DNA from: Acidimicrobiia bacterium | Lineage (GTDB): Bacteria; Actinomycetota; Acidimicrobiia; Acidimicrobiales; CADCSY01 | NCBI GenBank assembly: GCA_050249235.1 | Contig: JBFWQW010000002.1 | Location: forward strand, 7,936-71,935 | Direction of reading: 5' to 3' | DNA: 64,000 nt | Part shown: piece after piece, positions 1 through 9,254 of the stretch | Layout of the letters: every line of letters begins with the position of its first letter | How positions within the stretch are numbered: the stretch's first letter is position 1 | The notes under the pieces: generated by a model | What the model was told of the DNA's origin: nothing | What the model saw: only the letters and a program-made list of their open reading frames with translations | Databases searched by the model: none | Program-made: the position numbers and the translations under genes

Positions 1-1018
1 AGGTCCACCGCAGGACGCCCACGTTGAAGTCGAAGATGCCGCGCGGGTAGCGCCCGGTGAAGAGGATGGCCACGCCGGCGACGACCGTCAGGAAGACGAA
101 GGCGATCCACAGGAGCACCAGCACGACGAGGTGCGGGATCGCGAGGAACCACTTCACCAGCCACTTCCAACGGGAGAGGTCCGGATCGAGACGGGCCTCG
201 AGCGTCACCGGCTCCGCCGGTGGCGCCGTCTCCTCCGGTAGGGCGCCTGACCCAGCGGTCGCCATCCCGGCCGGACCTGGCAGCACCGTCCCCGCGGCCG
301 GCTGGACGCCGCCGCGCCCCAGTCCATCGGCTCCGAAGACGATCAGTGCGACGCCGGCGAGCAGGCCCACGGCGCCGGCGGCCAGCAGGATGAGGACGAG
401 CGGGAAGAGGAAGCCGGCCTTGGCCCCGACCTCCACGTCGACAGAGACTCCCGGCGACCCGTCGGCGTTCAGCACCGCGACCGCCCACTCGCCGCTCTCC
501 ACCTCCCACACGAGCTCCTGGGTGCCCGGGCCGGTCGCCTTCTCCACCCAGAACGTCTCCCGGTCTGGCGGGGATGCCATGTCCGCACCCGCCCGCGCCC
601 GGTACTCGGGATCCCCGTCGTCGACATCGGTCACCTCGTCGTGGGCGATGCCGTCGAGATACCGGTCGAGGTCGTCCTCACGCGCGACGCCGACGAAGAT
701 CTCGCCCTCGCTCCGCACGTCGGTGACCCGCAGCCGAACGTCAGCATCGAGGAGGCGGACGAGGCGCCGTGGGCGGCCAGGCTCGGCCGAGATGTCGACC
801 TCCTCGGCGGTGATGGCCGGGGTCGGGCTGGCGACCCGCTCGAGATCGGCGGTGAACCACCCGTCGTCGTCGCGACCGGCGACGTAGGCGATGCCCAGGG
901 CGGCACCACCAAGGAGAGCGCCGAGCGACGGAAGGGCGAGGATGACGCCGGCGACGAGCGCCACCACTCGACCCGCCGGCGCCGATGACTTCGTTTGCGT
1001 CGTGGCCATGCAGGACAT
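1..1018 (-). CDS. DUF4389-like membrane protein, 3' end cut by the window edge (absent from the supplied ORF track)
   Basis: Reverse-strand reading from ATG (complement of 1016-1018) gives MSCMATTQTKSSAPAGRVVALVAGVILALPSLG...LEARLDPDLSRWKWLVKWFLAIPHLVVLVLLWIAFVFLTVVAGVAILFTGRYPRGIFDFNVGVLRW. There is no stop down to position 1 and GC3 bias is strong. The terminal IPH...FTGRYPRGIFDF motif is what I recall for DUF4389. An alternative ATG lies at 1009. Confidence 0.7.
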   Translation of the reverse strand, partial: MSCMATTQTKSSAPAGRVVALVAGVILALPSLGALLGGAALGIAYVAGRDDDGWFTADLERVASPTPAITAEEVDISAEPGRPRRLVRLLDADVRLRVTDVRSEGEIFVGVAREDDLDRYLDGIAHDEVTDVDDGDPEYRARAGADMASPPDRETFWVEKATGPGTQELVWEVESGEWAVAVLNADGSPGVSVDVEVGAKAGFLFPLVLILLAAGAVGLLAGVALIVFGADGLGRGGVQPAAGTVLPGPAGMATAGSGALPEETAPPAEPVTLEARLDPDLSRWKWLVKWFLAIPHLVVLVLLWIAFVFLTVVAGVAILFTGRYPRGIFDFNVGVLRWT

Positions 1019-1381
1019 CCTGCTCGCATGGCACGGTCCCCTCCAGGGGCGAAGGGCCCACGTCCTCGAGTTGCGGAGGCAGGGCCCAGGAGCCGGCCCT
1101 TCAGATCGCGGTAGGCGAGGTCGTTGCGCTAACCCGAACCGGCCCGGCCGGCAATACACGCTGGTGACGGAAGGTACGGGGTGTTGCCCCCTCGTGCCCG
1201 CCCGGTCGAGCGGTCGAACGTGGCCCGCAGGTCGGCGACGACCGCCGGGTCGTCGACCCGGTCGGCGGGGGTCTGGGCCTCGGGCATCCCGACGTTGTAG
1301 CCGCGGGTGGCCCGTCCCGTTGTCCGGGGACCGGGCCGCGACCGGGGAAGCCCGACGGGCGGCGGGTACCGTCTCCGCTCG

Positions 1382-2002
1382 ATGGACGAGGCCCGGCGCC
1401 CGGGATCGAGGCGACGACACCTCATGATCGGGGTGCTCTCCTGCCTGGCCGGGCTGGTCGCCGCGGCCGGTGCCGCCACCGCCGTGGTCGCCCTCGGTGG
1501 CGACGACGACCCCGGGGTCGACATTCACTTCACCGCCGACGACGCCGACGGCGCTGGCACCGACGCAACCCCGCTCATCGGGCTCGACACGGACGGCGCG
1601 ACCGTGCCCGGCACCCGCTACGAGCTGCTCGCCGGCGGCCTCGGCTCGCTCCGCGACCACCGGGGCACGCCGATGGTCGTCAACTTCTTCGGCTCCTGGT
1701 GCGTCCCGTGCAGGGACGAGATGCCGGCCTTCGAAGCGGTCCACGACGACCTCGGCGACCGCGTCGCCTTCGTGGGCATCGCCTTCCGGGACGGCGCCGA
1801 CGCGGCCCGGGCCCTCGTCCGGCAGACGGGCGTGACCTACGAGACCGGGCGCGACCCGACGGGAAAGATCGCCGAGGCCCTCGACATCCTGAAGTTCCCC
1901 ACCACGCTGCTCGTCGACGCCGAGGGCCGGGTCGTCTCCACCCACCCCGGCGAGCTCACCGCCAGGCAGCTGCGGGCGCTGATCGACGACCACCTGCTGT
2001 GA
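1382..2002 (+). CDS. TlpA/ResA-family thiol-disulfide oxidoreductase (cytochrome c maturation)
   Basis: ORF 1307-2002. It has a signal-anchor (RRRHLMIGVLSCLAGLVAAAG) followed by a thioredoxin fold with a WCVPC active site (FFGSWCVPCRDEMPAF). The start is uncertain: GTG 1307, ATG 1382 or ATG 1424. Confidence 0.8.
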   Translation: MDEARRPGSRRRHLMIGVLSCLAGLVAAAGAATAVVALGGDDDPGVDIHFTADDADGAGTDATPLIGLDTDGATVPGTRYELLAGGLGSLRDHRGTPMVVNFFGSWCVPCRDEMPAFEAVHDDLGDRVAFVGIAFRDGADAARALVRQTGVTYETGRDPTGKIAEALDILKFPTTLLVDAEGRVVSTHPGELTARQLRALIDDHLL

Positions 2003-2021
2003 GGCGGGGAGCGCCGGCCGC

Positions 2022-2927
2022 GTGCCGGGGGAGCCGGCGACCGTGATCGAGGTCCCCTTCACCTATGCCTTCACCCTCGGGCTCGTCGCGGCCGTGAACC
2101 CGTGCGGGTTCCCGATGCTGCCCGCCTACCTCTCCTTCTTCGTCGGCGCCGACGACCCCGATCACGCCGATCACGCCGATCACGCCAGCGGCGCCGGCGG
2201 CGCCGGCGGCGGCACCGACACGCCGGTCCGCGTGCTGCGGGCCCTGGGCGCGGGGGCGTGCGTGTCGCTCGGCTTCTTCGTGGTGTTCCTGGGGTTCGGG
2301 CTGCCGATCGACGCCGGCCTCGACGTCATCCTCGACTGGGTGCCATGGCTGACGATGGTGATCGGCGCCGGCCTGGCCGGCCTCGGCGTCGCCACGCTGC
2401 TCGGCCATCCCCTCCGGCCCGGCCTGCCCCGTCTCGACCGGGGGGGCCGCACCCGGGGGGCCGGCTCGATGGTGCTCTTCGGCATCTCCTACGCCGTCGC
2501 CTCGCTCGGTTGCACCCTCCCGCTCTTCCTGGCGGTGGTCGCCGGCACGACCTCACGCGAGAACCTGGCGTCGGGCGTGGCCGCCTTCGGCGCCTACGCG
2601 GCCGGCATGAGCGTGGTGCTCCTCGCCCTCTCGCTGGCCCTCGCCTTCGCCCGGGAGGGGATGGTGCGCTGGCTCCGCTCCACGCTGCGCTACGTCGACC
2701 GGATCGCCGCCGTGCTGCTCGTCGCGGTCGGCACCTACCTCGTGTACTACGGCGTCGTCGCCGTCCGAGACGACGCCGTGGCCGACAGCCCCGTGACCTT
2801 CGTCGACGACCTCTCGAACGACCTCACCGTGTGGATCCAGGACCGGGCCACCGGCCTCGGCCTCGTCCTCGCCACGATGGTGGCCGCCGGGCTGGCCTGG
2901 TCGCTGCTCCTGCGCGAGCGGCGCTGA
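2022..2927 (+). CDS. ccdA: Cytochrome c biogenesis protein CcdA (DsbD-type transmembrane thiol transporter)
   Basis: A polytopic membrane ORF with the N-terminal LVAAVNPCGFPMLPAYLSFF cysteine motif and a second Cys helix (SYAVASLGCTLPLFLAV). It lies directly downstream of the TlpA-like gene. An alternative GTG at 2043 has a GGGGGAG RBS. Confidence 0.85.
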   Translation: MPGEPATVIEVPFTYAFTLGLVAAVNPCGFPMLPAYLSFFVGADDPDHADHADHASGAGGAGGGTDTPVRVLRALGAGACVSLGFFVVFLGFGLPIDAGLDVILDWVPWLTMVIGAGLAGLGVATLLGHPLRPGLPRLDRGGRTRGAGSMVLFGISYAVASLGCTLPLFLAVVAGTTSRENLASGVAAFGAYAAGMSVVLLALSLALAFAREGMVRWLRSTLRYVDRIAAVLLVAVGTYLVYYGVVAVRDDAVADSPVTFVDDLSNDLTVWIQDRATGLGLVLATMVAAGLAWSLLLRERR

Positions 2928-3000
2928 CCGGCCGGTCCCGGCGCCCGGCCCAGGGTCGGTAGCCGGCCGACCGGAACGCGGCGGACGGTACGGTCGTCGG

Positions 3001-3987
3001 ATGGCAGGGACCGCGATACGGCTCCAGTCCGTCAGCAAGCGGTTCCCCGGATCGGCGACGGATGCCGTGACCGACCTCGACCTCGACCTCGAGGAGGGGA
3101 CGGTCACCGCGCTCGTGGGCCCGTCCGGGTGCGGCAAGACCACGACCCTGCGGATGGTCAACCGCCTCATCGACCCGACGGCCGGCTCGATCGAGCTCTT
3201 CGGCACGGACGTCCGCTCCCTACCGGTGCACGAGCTCCGCCGCGGCATCGGCTACGTGATCCAGCAAGCCGGCCTGTTCCCCCACCGCACCGTCGCCGCG
3301 AACATCGCCACGGTCCCCCAGCTGCTGGGCTGGGACAGGGCCCGGGTCCGGGCCCGCGTCGACGAGCTCGTCGATCTGGTCGGCCTGCTCCCCGAGATCC
3401 TCGACCGCTACCCCGTCGAGCTCTCGGGCGGCCAGCAGCAGCGGGTGGGGGTGGCCCGGGCCCTCGCCGCCGATCCCCCGGTGCTCCTCATGGACGAGCC
3501 CTACTCGGCCGTCGACCCGATCGTGCGGGCCCGGTTGCAGGACGAGCTGGTCCTGCTGCAGCGCCGGGTCGGCAAGACGATCGTGCTCGTCACCCATGAC
3601 ATCGACGAGGCCATCAAGCTCGCCGACCGCATCGCCCTCCTCAACGTCGGCGGCGTCCTCGAGCAGTTCGGCACGCCGGACGACCTCCTGCGGGCGCCCG
3701 CCAACGGGTTCGTCGAGCAGTTCCTCGGCCGGGAGCGGTCGCTGCGACGGCTGGCGCTGGTGCCGGCCGGCTCGGTCGACCTCGACCCCGCGCCCGGCGA
3801 CGGTGCAGGTGCCGGGCTGCCCCGCATCCCGTCCGGGGCGCCCCTGCGGGAGGTGGTCGACGCGCTGGTCGCCGGCACCACCGACCGGGTGCTCGTCGTC
3901 GACGCCGACGGGCGGGGGCTCGGGACGCTCACCATCGAGGGCGTGCGCCGGGCCCTCGGCCCGGCGGCCGAGGTGGCGCCGAGGTGA
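3001..3987 (+). CDS. Osmoprotectant (glycine betaine/choline family) ABC transporter ATP-binding protein with a C-terminal CBS-like region
   Basis: Walker [10 protein letters not shown], signature [15 protein letters not shown], Walker B LLMDEP, H-loop VTHD. The tail is a regulatory CBS-like segment as in OpuCA/OpuBA. Confidence 0.9.
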   Translation: MAGTAIRLQSVSKRFPGSATDAVTDLDLDLEEGTVTALVGPSGCGKTTTLRMVNRLIDPTAGSIELFGTDVRSLPVHELRRGIGYVIQQAGLFPHRTVAANIATVPQLLGWDRARVRARVDELVDLVGLLPEILDRYPVELSGGQQQRVGVARALAADPPVLLMDEPYSAVDPIVRARLQDELVLLQRRVGKTIVLVTHDIDEAIKLADRIALLNVGGVLEQFGTPDDLLRAPANGFVEQFLGRERSLRRLALVPAGSVDLDPAPGDGAGAGLPRIPSGAPLREVVDALVAGTTDRVLVVDADGRGLGTLTIEGVRRALGPAAEVAPR

Positions 3988-4706
3988 ACAGCGACTCGTT
4001 CATCTGGTGGGACTGGGTCGGTCGCCACGGCGACGAGATCCAGACCGCCAGCTTCGAGCACCTCCGCCTCACGCTCATCGCCGTCGGCATCGGCTTCGCC
4101 CTCTCGCTCGCCCTGGCCGCCATCGCCATCCGGTGGCGGTCGACGTACTGGCTCATCGGCGGTGTCGCCGGCGTGATCTACACCATCCCGAGCCTGGCCC
4201 TCTTTGCCCTCCTCGTCACCTGGACCGGGTTCACCACCCTCACCGCCGAGATCGGGCTGGTCAGCTACACGCTGCTCATCCTCGTGCGGAACATCGTGGA
4301 GGGGATCGACGGGGTGCCGGCGTCGGCGAGGGAGGCCGCCGTGGCGATGGGCTACCGACCCGTCCGCCGCTTCCTCGAGGTCGACCTCCCGCTGGCGGCC
4401 CCGGCGATCGTGGCCGGCGTCCGCATCGCCATGGTGACGACGATCGGGCTCGTCACCGTCACGGGCCTGATCGGCCAGGGCGGCTACGGCTCGTTCATCA
4501 ACGCCGGCCTGAAGCGGTCGTTCTCGACCGAGGTGGTCGTGGGCGCCGGGCTCTCGGTGGTGATGGCCATGGTCCTCGATGCCCTGCTGGTCGCGGGCGG
4601 GTGGGCCCTCACGCCCTGGCGCCGCACCCGGCGCCGCTCCCGTCCGGTGCCGGCCCCGGCGGCCGGGGGTCTCGATGCTCCGGCCACCCGGGCGGGCGGC
4701 CGGTGA
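3984..4706 (+). CDS. Osmoprotectant ABC transporter permease
   Basis: GTG 3984 overlaps the upstream TGA (GTGA). It is a six-TM BPD-type permease (EAAVAMGYRPVRRFLEVDLPLAAP EAA loop). Confidence 0.9.
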   Translation: MNSDSFIWWDWVGRHGDEIQTASFEHLRLTLIAVGIGFALSLALAAIAIRWRSTYWLIGGVAGVIYTIPSLALFALLVTWTGFTTLTAEIGLVSYTLLILVRNIVEGIDGVPASAREAAVAMGYRPVRRFLEVDLPLAAPAIVAGVRIAMVTTIGLVTVTGLIGQGGYGSFINAGLKRSFSTEVVVGAGLSVVMAMVLDALLVAGGWALTPWRRTRRRSRPVPAPAAGGLDAPATRAGGR

Positions 4707-5419
4707 GCGCCTGGCGGGAGCTCGGCACCTTCCTCGGCGACGGGGACAACTGGGCCGGCACGAACGGCATCGTGCACCGCACCGTCGAGCACCTGCGCCT
4801 CTCGGCCACCGCCGTGGCGTTCGGCAGCGCCATGGCCGTGCCGCTCGGCGCCTGGCTCGGCCACGTCCGCCGGGGTGGCGTCGTGGTGCAGTGGGTCCTG
4901 AACATCGGCCGGGCGGTCCCCTCGCTCGCCATCCTCGCCATCGTCTTCCCGCTCGCCCTCCGCTACGGCTTCGGGCTCGGCTTCTGGCCCACCGTGCCCG
5001 CCCTCGTCGCCCTGGCCGTCCCGCCGCTGTTCGCCAACACCTACGCCGGCGTGGCCGGCGTCGACCCGGCCGTGGTCGAGGCGGCCCGGGGCATGGGCCT
5101 GCGCCCCGTGCAGGTGCTGACGCGCGTCGAGCTGCCCAACGCCCTGCCCCTCGTGCTGACCGGCCTGCGGGTGGCCACCCTGCAGGTCGTCGCCACCGCC
5201 ACCCTCGGCGCCTACGTGGCCTTCAACGGCCTCGGCTCGTTCATCAACGAGGGCTTCCGCCAGCAGGACGACGGCAAGCTGCTCACCGGAGCCCTGGCCG
5301 TGGCCGGCCTGGCGCTCGTGATCGACGGGCTCCTGGGCGTCGCCGCCCGGCGCTCGTCCCCCTGGCGGCGCCCGGTGCGCGCCGCCCCCGGCGGGACATC
5401 GGCGGCCAATTCACGGTAG
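4703..5419 (+). CDS. Osmoprotectant ABC transporter permease (second subunit)
   Basis: GTG 4703 overlaps the upstream TGA (GTGA) and lies in the frame of track ORF 3596-5419. The sequence runs VSAWRELGTFLGDGDNW... and carries the EAA loop EAARGMGLRPVQVLTRVELPNALP. Confidence 0.85.
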   Translation: MSAWRELGTFLGDGDNWAGTNGIVHRTVEHLRLSATAVAFGSAMAVPLGAWLGHVRRGGVVVQWVLNIGRAVPSLAILAIVFPLALRYGFGLGFWPTVPALVALAVPPLFANTYAGVAGVDPAVVEAARGMGLRPVQVLTRVELPNALPLVLTGLRVATLQVVATATLGAYVAFNGLGSFINEGFRQQDDGKLLTGALAVAGLALVIDGLLGVAARRSSPWRRPVRAAPGGTSAANSR

Positions 5420-5457
5420 AACCGTTGCGCTGCACTCTCGAGAGAAGGACACGCCAC

Positions 5458-6378
5458 GTGAGACGCTCCACCAAGACCCTGCTAGCCCTGCTCGCGGTGA
5501 CCGCCCTCGTCGCGGCCGCCTGCGGTGGCGACGACGACGACACGGGCGGTGCCCCGGCCGACGCCCCGGAGGTCGTCATCGGCGCCCAGGACTTCGGTGA
5601 GTCCGCCATCCTGGCCGAGATCTACAAGCAGGGGCTCGAGGCCAAGGGCTTCGAGGTGAGCATCCAGGCGCTCGGCGGCTTCCGGCCCCTCGAGATCCCG
5701 GCGTTCGACGACGGCACGATCAACTTCGCGCCCGAGTACGCGGCGTCGATGCTCGAGTACCTCAACAACCCCACCAACGGTGAGGCCTCCGGCGATGCCG
5801 CCGCCACGGTGGCGAAGCTCCAGACCTACCTCACGCCGAAGGGCCTGGTCGCCCTCGAGGTGAGCGACGCGGTCGACACCAACGCCTTCGTCGTGAAGAA
5901 GGCGACCGCCGACCGCCTGGGCCTCAAGTCGCTCTCCGACCTGGCGGCCAAGGGCAAGGACCTGGTCCTCGGTGCCCCGAGCGACTGCGCCACCAACCCC
6001 TTCTGCATGCCGGGGCTGAGGAGCACCTACGGGCTCGACCTCTCGGCCAAGTTCAAGGCGCTCGAGACCGGGCAGATCGTGCCCGCCCTCGACGCCGACC
6101 AGATCGACGTGGCCGTGCTCTTCTCCACCGACAGCCAGATCAAGACCAAGGGCTACGTCCTGCTCACCGACGACAAGTCGCTGCTCGCGGCCGACAACGT
6201 CGTGCCGGTGGTCAGCGACGAGCTGGCCGAGATCGACGAGCTGACCGAGGCGATCAACGCCATCAGCAAGGCGTTGACGACGGCGAAGCTCATCGACCTG
6301 AACGCCCGGTACGACGTCGACAAGGAGGATGCCGCCGACATCGCCGCCGACTTCCTCGAGGACGCCGGCCTCGACTGA
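5458..6378 (+). CDS. Osmoprotectant-binding lipoprotein (OpuBC/OpuCC-type substrate-binding protein)
   Basis: GTG 5458 in the frame of ORF 4579-6378. There is a lipobox LVAAAC, followed by VVIGAQDFGESAILAEIYKQGLEAKGFEV, typical of PF04069-like binding proteins. Confidence 0.85.
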   Translation: MRRSTKTLLALLAVTALVAAACGGDDDDTGGAPADAPEVVIGAQDFGESAILAEIYKQGLEAKGFEVSIQALGGFRPLEIPAFDDGTINFAPEYAASMLEYLNNPTNGEASGDAAATVAKLQTYLTPKGLVALEVSDAVDTNAFVVKKATADRLGLKSLSDLAAKGKDLVLGAPSDCATNPFCMPGLRSTYGLDLSAKFKALETGQIVPALDADQIDVAVLFSTDSQIKTKGYVLLTDDKSLLAADNVVPVVSDELAEIDELTEAINAISKALTTAKLIDLNARYDVDKEDAADIAADFLEDAGLD

Positions 6379-6385
6379 CCGATCA

Positions 6386-6425
6386 CCGGGGGCACCCGGC
6401 GCCACCGGCGTCGCGGTGCCCCCGG
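6386..6425. terminator. Stem-loop between convergent genes (possible bidirectional terminator)
   Basis: CCGGGGGCACC (6386-6396) pairs perfectly with GGTGCCCCCGG (6415-6425). It sits between the stop of the binding-protein gene (6378) and the stop of serS (6452). There is no clear U tract. Confidence 0.4.
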
Positions 6426-6451
6426 GCGGCTGGGCGGATGGCCGGCCGGGC

Positions 6452-7726
6452 TCAGAGCGTCTCGGCCCCGCCGAGGTAGGGGGCGAGGGCGGCCGGCACC
6501 GCCACCAGGCCGTCGGGCCGGCGGTGGGTCTCCACCAGGGCGGCCCACACCCGGGGCCAGGCCAGCGCCGAGCCGTTGAGCGTGTGGAGGATCTCCGTGC
6601 CCCTGGCGTCGTTCGAGCGGTACCGGGCGTTGCCCCGGCGGCCCTGGTAGTCGCCGCACCAGGACACCGACGACACCTCGAGCCACTGGTCGCAGCCCGG
6701 GGCGTACACCTCGAGGTCGAAGGTCCGCCTGGCCCAGAAGCCGAGGTCGCCGGTGCACAGGTCGAGCACGCGGTAGGTGAACCCGAGCGCCTGGAGGAGG
6801 GCCTCGGCCCGGCCCAGCATCTCGGCGTGGAGGTCGTCGGCCTGGGCCGGGGTGCACCATGCCATCAGCTCGACCTTGTCGAACTCGTGGGAACGCAGGA
6901 GCCCCCGCGTGTCGCGGCCGGCCGCGCCCGCCTCCCGGCGGAAGCAGGGGGTGTAGGCGGTGTAGCGCCGGGGCAGCTCGTCCTCGGTGAGCACCTCGTC
7001 GCGGTGCATGGAGGTGAGCGGCACCTCGGCGGTCGGGATGGCCCACAGGTCGTCGCGCTCGAGGTGGTAGGCGTCGTCGGCGAACTTCGGGAGGTGCCCC
7101 GTCGACGTGAGGGTCTCGGTGCGGACCATGGTCGGCGGCCGGATCTCCTCCCACGCGTCGGCGTGGGCGTCGAGGGCGAGCTGCGTGAGCGCCCGGAGGA
7201 GCCGGGCGCCCCCGCCCCGGTACATCACGAACATCGAGCCGGACATCCGGACGGCCCGCTCGGGATCGAGCCAGCCCCGGGCCGCTCCGACCTCCCAGTG
7301 CGGCACCCGCTGGTGGTCGGCCCAGGCCCGGTCGGCGCCGACCGTGCGGACCACCGGGTTGTCGTCGGGACCGGCCCCGTCGGGCGCGGCCGGGGAGGGG
7401 AGGTTGGGGATGCCGAGCAGCACCTGGCGGAGCTCGCCGGCCAGGCGGCCGGCCTCGCCGTCGGCCAGGGCCTGGCGGTCGCCGAGAGAGCGGCTCTCGG
7501 CGGCAAGGCGATCGGCGGCGTCGGTGTCCCCGTCCCGCCGGGCCCGGCCGACCTCGGCCGACAGCCGCTTCACCTCGGACCGGAGCCGCTCGGCCTCGGC
7601 CAACGCGGCCCGGTGGGCTCGGTCGATGCGGACCGCCTCGTCCACCTCGGCCAGGTCGATGCGGCGCCGGGCCAGGGCGGCCTTGACCGCGTCCGGATCG
7701 TCACGGAGCAGCTTGACGTCGAGCAC
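6452..7726 (-). CDS. serS: Seryl-tRNA synthetase
   Basis: This is the C-terminal 425 codons of track ORF 6452-8845, starting at GTG (VLDVKLLRDDPDAVKAAL). It has an N-terminal coiled-coil arm and class II motifs (FRREAGAAGRDTRGLLRSHEFDKVE, GSALAWPRVWAALVE). Confidence 0.9.
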   Translation of the reverse strand: MLDVKLLRDDPDAVKAALARRRIDLAEVDEAVRIDRAHRAALAEAERLRSEVKRLSAEVGRARRDGDTDAADRLAAESRSLGDRQALADGEAGRLAGELRQVLLGIPNLPSPAAPDGAGPDDNPVVRTVGADRAWADHQRVPHWEVGAARGWLDPERAVRMSGSMFVMYRGGGARLLRALTQLALDAHADAWEEIRPPTMVRTETLTSTGHLPKFADDAYHLERDDLWAIPTAEVPLTSMHRDEVLTEDELPRRYTAYTPCFRREAGAAGRDTRGLLRSHEFDKVELMAWCTPAQADDLHAEMLGRAEALLQALGFTYRVLDLCTGDLGFWARRTFDLEVYAPGCDQWLEVSSVSWCGDYQGRRGNARYRSNDARGTEILHTLNGSALAWPRVWAALVETHRRPDGLVAVPAALAPYLGGAETL

Positions 7727-7844
7727 CGGGCGACCGTAGCGGCCGGCCCTCCCCGAGCCGGACGACTTGGAGCTCGGAGGGCGTCGCGCCTTGCTCGGCG
7801 CAGGAGCCGATCGAGCGCGACGTGACCGTGCCGCGGGCCATCGG

Positions 7845-7967
7845 AGGGTGCGCCGACAGGCGCACCCTGTGGCCCGAGCGGCCCGGCGCCGGAGGCGCCG
7901 AGAGAGGAGAACGCAGCGCCTTCTCGGCGACGAAGGAGCCGAGAACCAGAACGGACGTGACCTGTCC
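7845..7967. repeat. Structured intergenic repeat element, locus A (hairpin plus about two 44-bp-type units)
   Basis: A perfect hairpin AGGGTGCGCC-GACA-GGCGCACCCT (7845-7868) comes first. The unit at 7871-7914 matches the 44-bp unit at 51060 in 40 of 44 positions. A degenerate second unit and a GGACGTGACC right end follow. The 18-mer AGGGTGCGCCGACAGGCG is identical to 51036-51053. Confidence 0.75.
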
Positions 7968-7977
7968 GCGCGGACTC

Positions 7978-8877
7978 TCAGGGCTCCATCGGCGCCGGTC
8001 CGGCTTCGGCGAGCTCGCGCTCGACCTGGGCCCAGGTGAGCTCCGGCGAGCGCCGGTCGAGCGCGATGCCCCGGTCGCGGTCGTCGGCCTGCGACTGGTT
8101 CGCGAAGCGGATGAACAGGGAGGCGATGATCACCCACAGGTAGGTGCCGGCCAGGAGCTTCATCATCGTGGCCGCCAGCTGCTGGTCCTCGAGCGCGGTG
8201 AGGCCCCAGATCCGCCCGACCCGGTCGTAGGACTCGTAGGCCACGTGCTCGGCGAACACGAGGATCCCGGCCGGCACGGTCGGCACGACCGACTGGAGGA
8301 AGAGGTGGGCGGCCTGCACGAGCAGGGAGAAGCGCAGCTCGGGCAGGGGCGAGCACACCCCCATCCACACGATCAGGCCGGTGGTGACGACGAGCAGGTG
8401 CACTCCGTAGTGGGCGAAGGGGTTCGTCACCGACGCCTCCACCACCAGGGGCCAGTGGCTGAACACCACGACGGCGTTGAAGAGGATCGTCGCCGGCACC
8501 AGCCGGGTGAGCCACCGCACGACCCGGTAGCCGCGCCCGTCCCCCACCACCATCCGGGCCAGCCAGGTCGGTGTGGCGAGCAGCGCCATCGGCGGCACGA
8601 CCAGCGAGAGCAGGAGGTGCTGGGCCATGTGGGCGCTGTAGAGGTGCTCCTCGGCGATGTCGTGCACGGGCCAGTCCGACGCCACCCACAAGGTGACGAT
8701 GGTGGCCACGAACCAGCGGAGCTGGGCCGGGGTGACCACCGGCTCGCCCTCGAGGGTCGCCGACGGCCCGATGCGGCGGACGGCGTAGGCGTAGAGGCCG
8801 ATCAGGCCGAGGAGGAGCGCCCAGACCTCGGGGTGCGGCTGCCACCGCCAGACGTCGACGGCGGCGACCACGGCCAC
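7978..8877 (-). CDS. ctaG: Cytochrome c oxidase assembly factor CtaG (caa3 type, membrane)
   Basis: A 299-aa polytopic protein with a HMAQHLLLSLVVPPMALLATP motif. It is the last gene of the cta operon. Confidence 0.8.
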   Translation of the reverse strand: MAVVAAVDVWRWQPHPEVWALLLGLIGLYAYAVRRIGPSATLEGEPVVTPAQLRWFVATIVTLWVASDWPVHDIAEEHLYSAHMAQHLLLSLVVPPMALLATPTWLARMVVGDGRGYRVVRWLTRLVPATILFNAVVVFSHWPLVVEASVTNPFAHYGVHLLVVTTGLIVWMGVCSPLPELRFSLLVQAAHLFLQSVVPTVPAGILVFAEHVAYESYDRVGRIWGLTALEDQQLAATMMKLLAGTYLWVIIASLFIRFANQSQADDRDRGIALDRRSPELTWAQVERELAEAGPAPMEP

Positions 8878-8881
8878 CGCC

Positions 8882-9244
8882 TCAGAACCTGATGCCCGCC
8901 GGCGGCGCCCGGTCCTCGAGCGGCTCGCTCGTGGTGTCGTCCCCGAAGAACTGCGTGGACACGAACACGATCATGTACACGAAGACGGCGAGCAGGAGCC
9001 CGGAGACGAAGGCCCACCGGAACAGCGCGCTGTCGAAGCGGAGGTGCATGAACCACATGGCGACGATGGCGAACTTCGTGACCATGAGGACGAGCATCAG
9101 GCCGAGGACGGGCCCCTCGATGTCGGTGATGTACGGCAGCGCCACCTCCGCGCCGGTGATGGCGGCGAGGATCAGGGCGATCTGCCAGTAGTTCCGATCG
9201 GTGGGGTGGGCGTGGCCGGTGTCGTGGGCGCTGACGGTCGTCAT
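8882..9244 (-). CDS. Cytochrome c oxidase subunit IV (prokaryotic COX4 family)
   Basis: A 120-aa protein with three TM helices. The N-terminal part HAHPTDRNYWQIALILAAITGAEVALPY is typical of bacterial caa3/aa3 subunit IV. It follows ctaE. Confidence 0.75.
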   Translation of the reverse strand: MTTVSAHDTGHAHPTDRNYWQIALILAAITGAEVALPYITDIEGPVLGLMLVLMVTKFAIVAMWFMHLRFDSALFRWAFVSGLLLAVFVYMIVFVSTQFFGDDTTSEPLEDRAPPAGIRF

Positions 9245-9254
9245 GCCGGGCTCC

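Noticed and set aside
1129-1290. A 53-codon minus-strand ORF (MPEAQTPADRVDDPAVVADLRATFDRS...), possibly the N-terminal remnant of an aldehyde dehydrogenase
   Set aside because: Coding bias fades after about 28 codons, the similarity is only a remembered motif (LRATF..G.TR), and the ORF lies in a divergent promoter spacer. This is not enough support.
6452-8845. A single 797-aa protein as given in the ORF track
   Set aside because: Only the C-terminal 425 codons are seryl-tRNA synthetase. The upstream part is run-on through the repeat-containing spacer and through ctaG, which is read in another frame.
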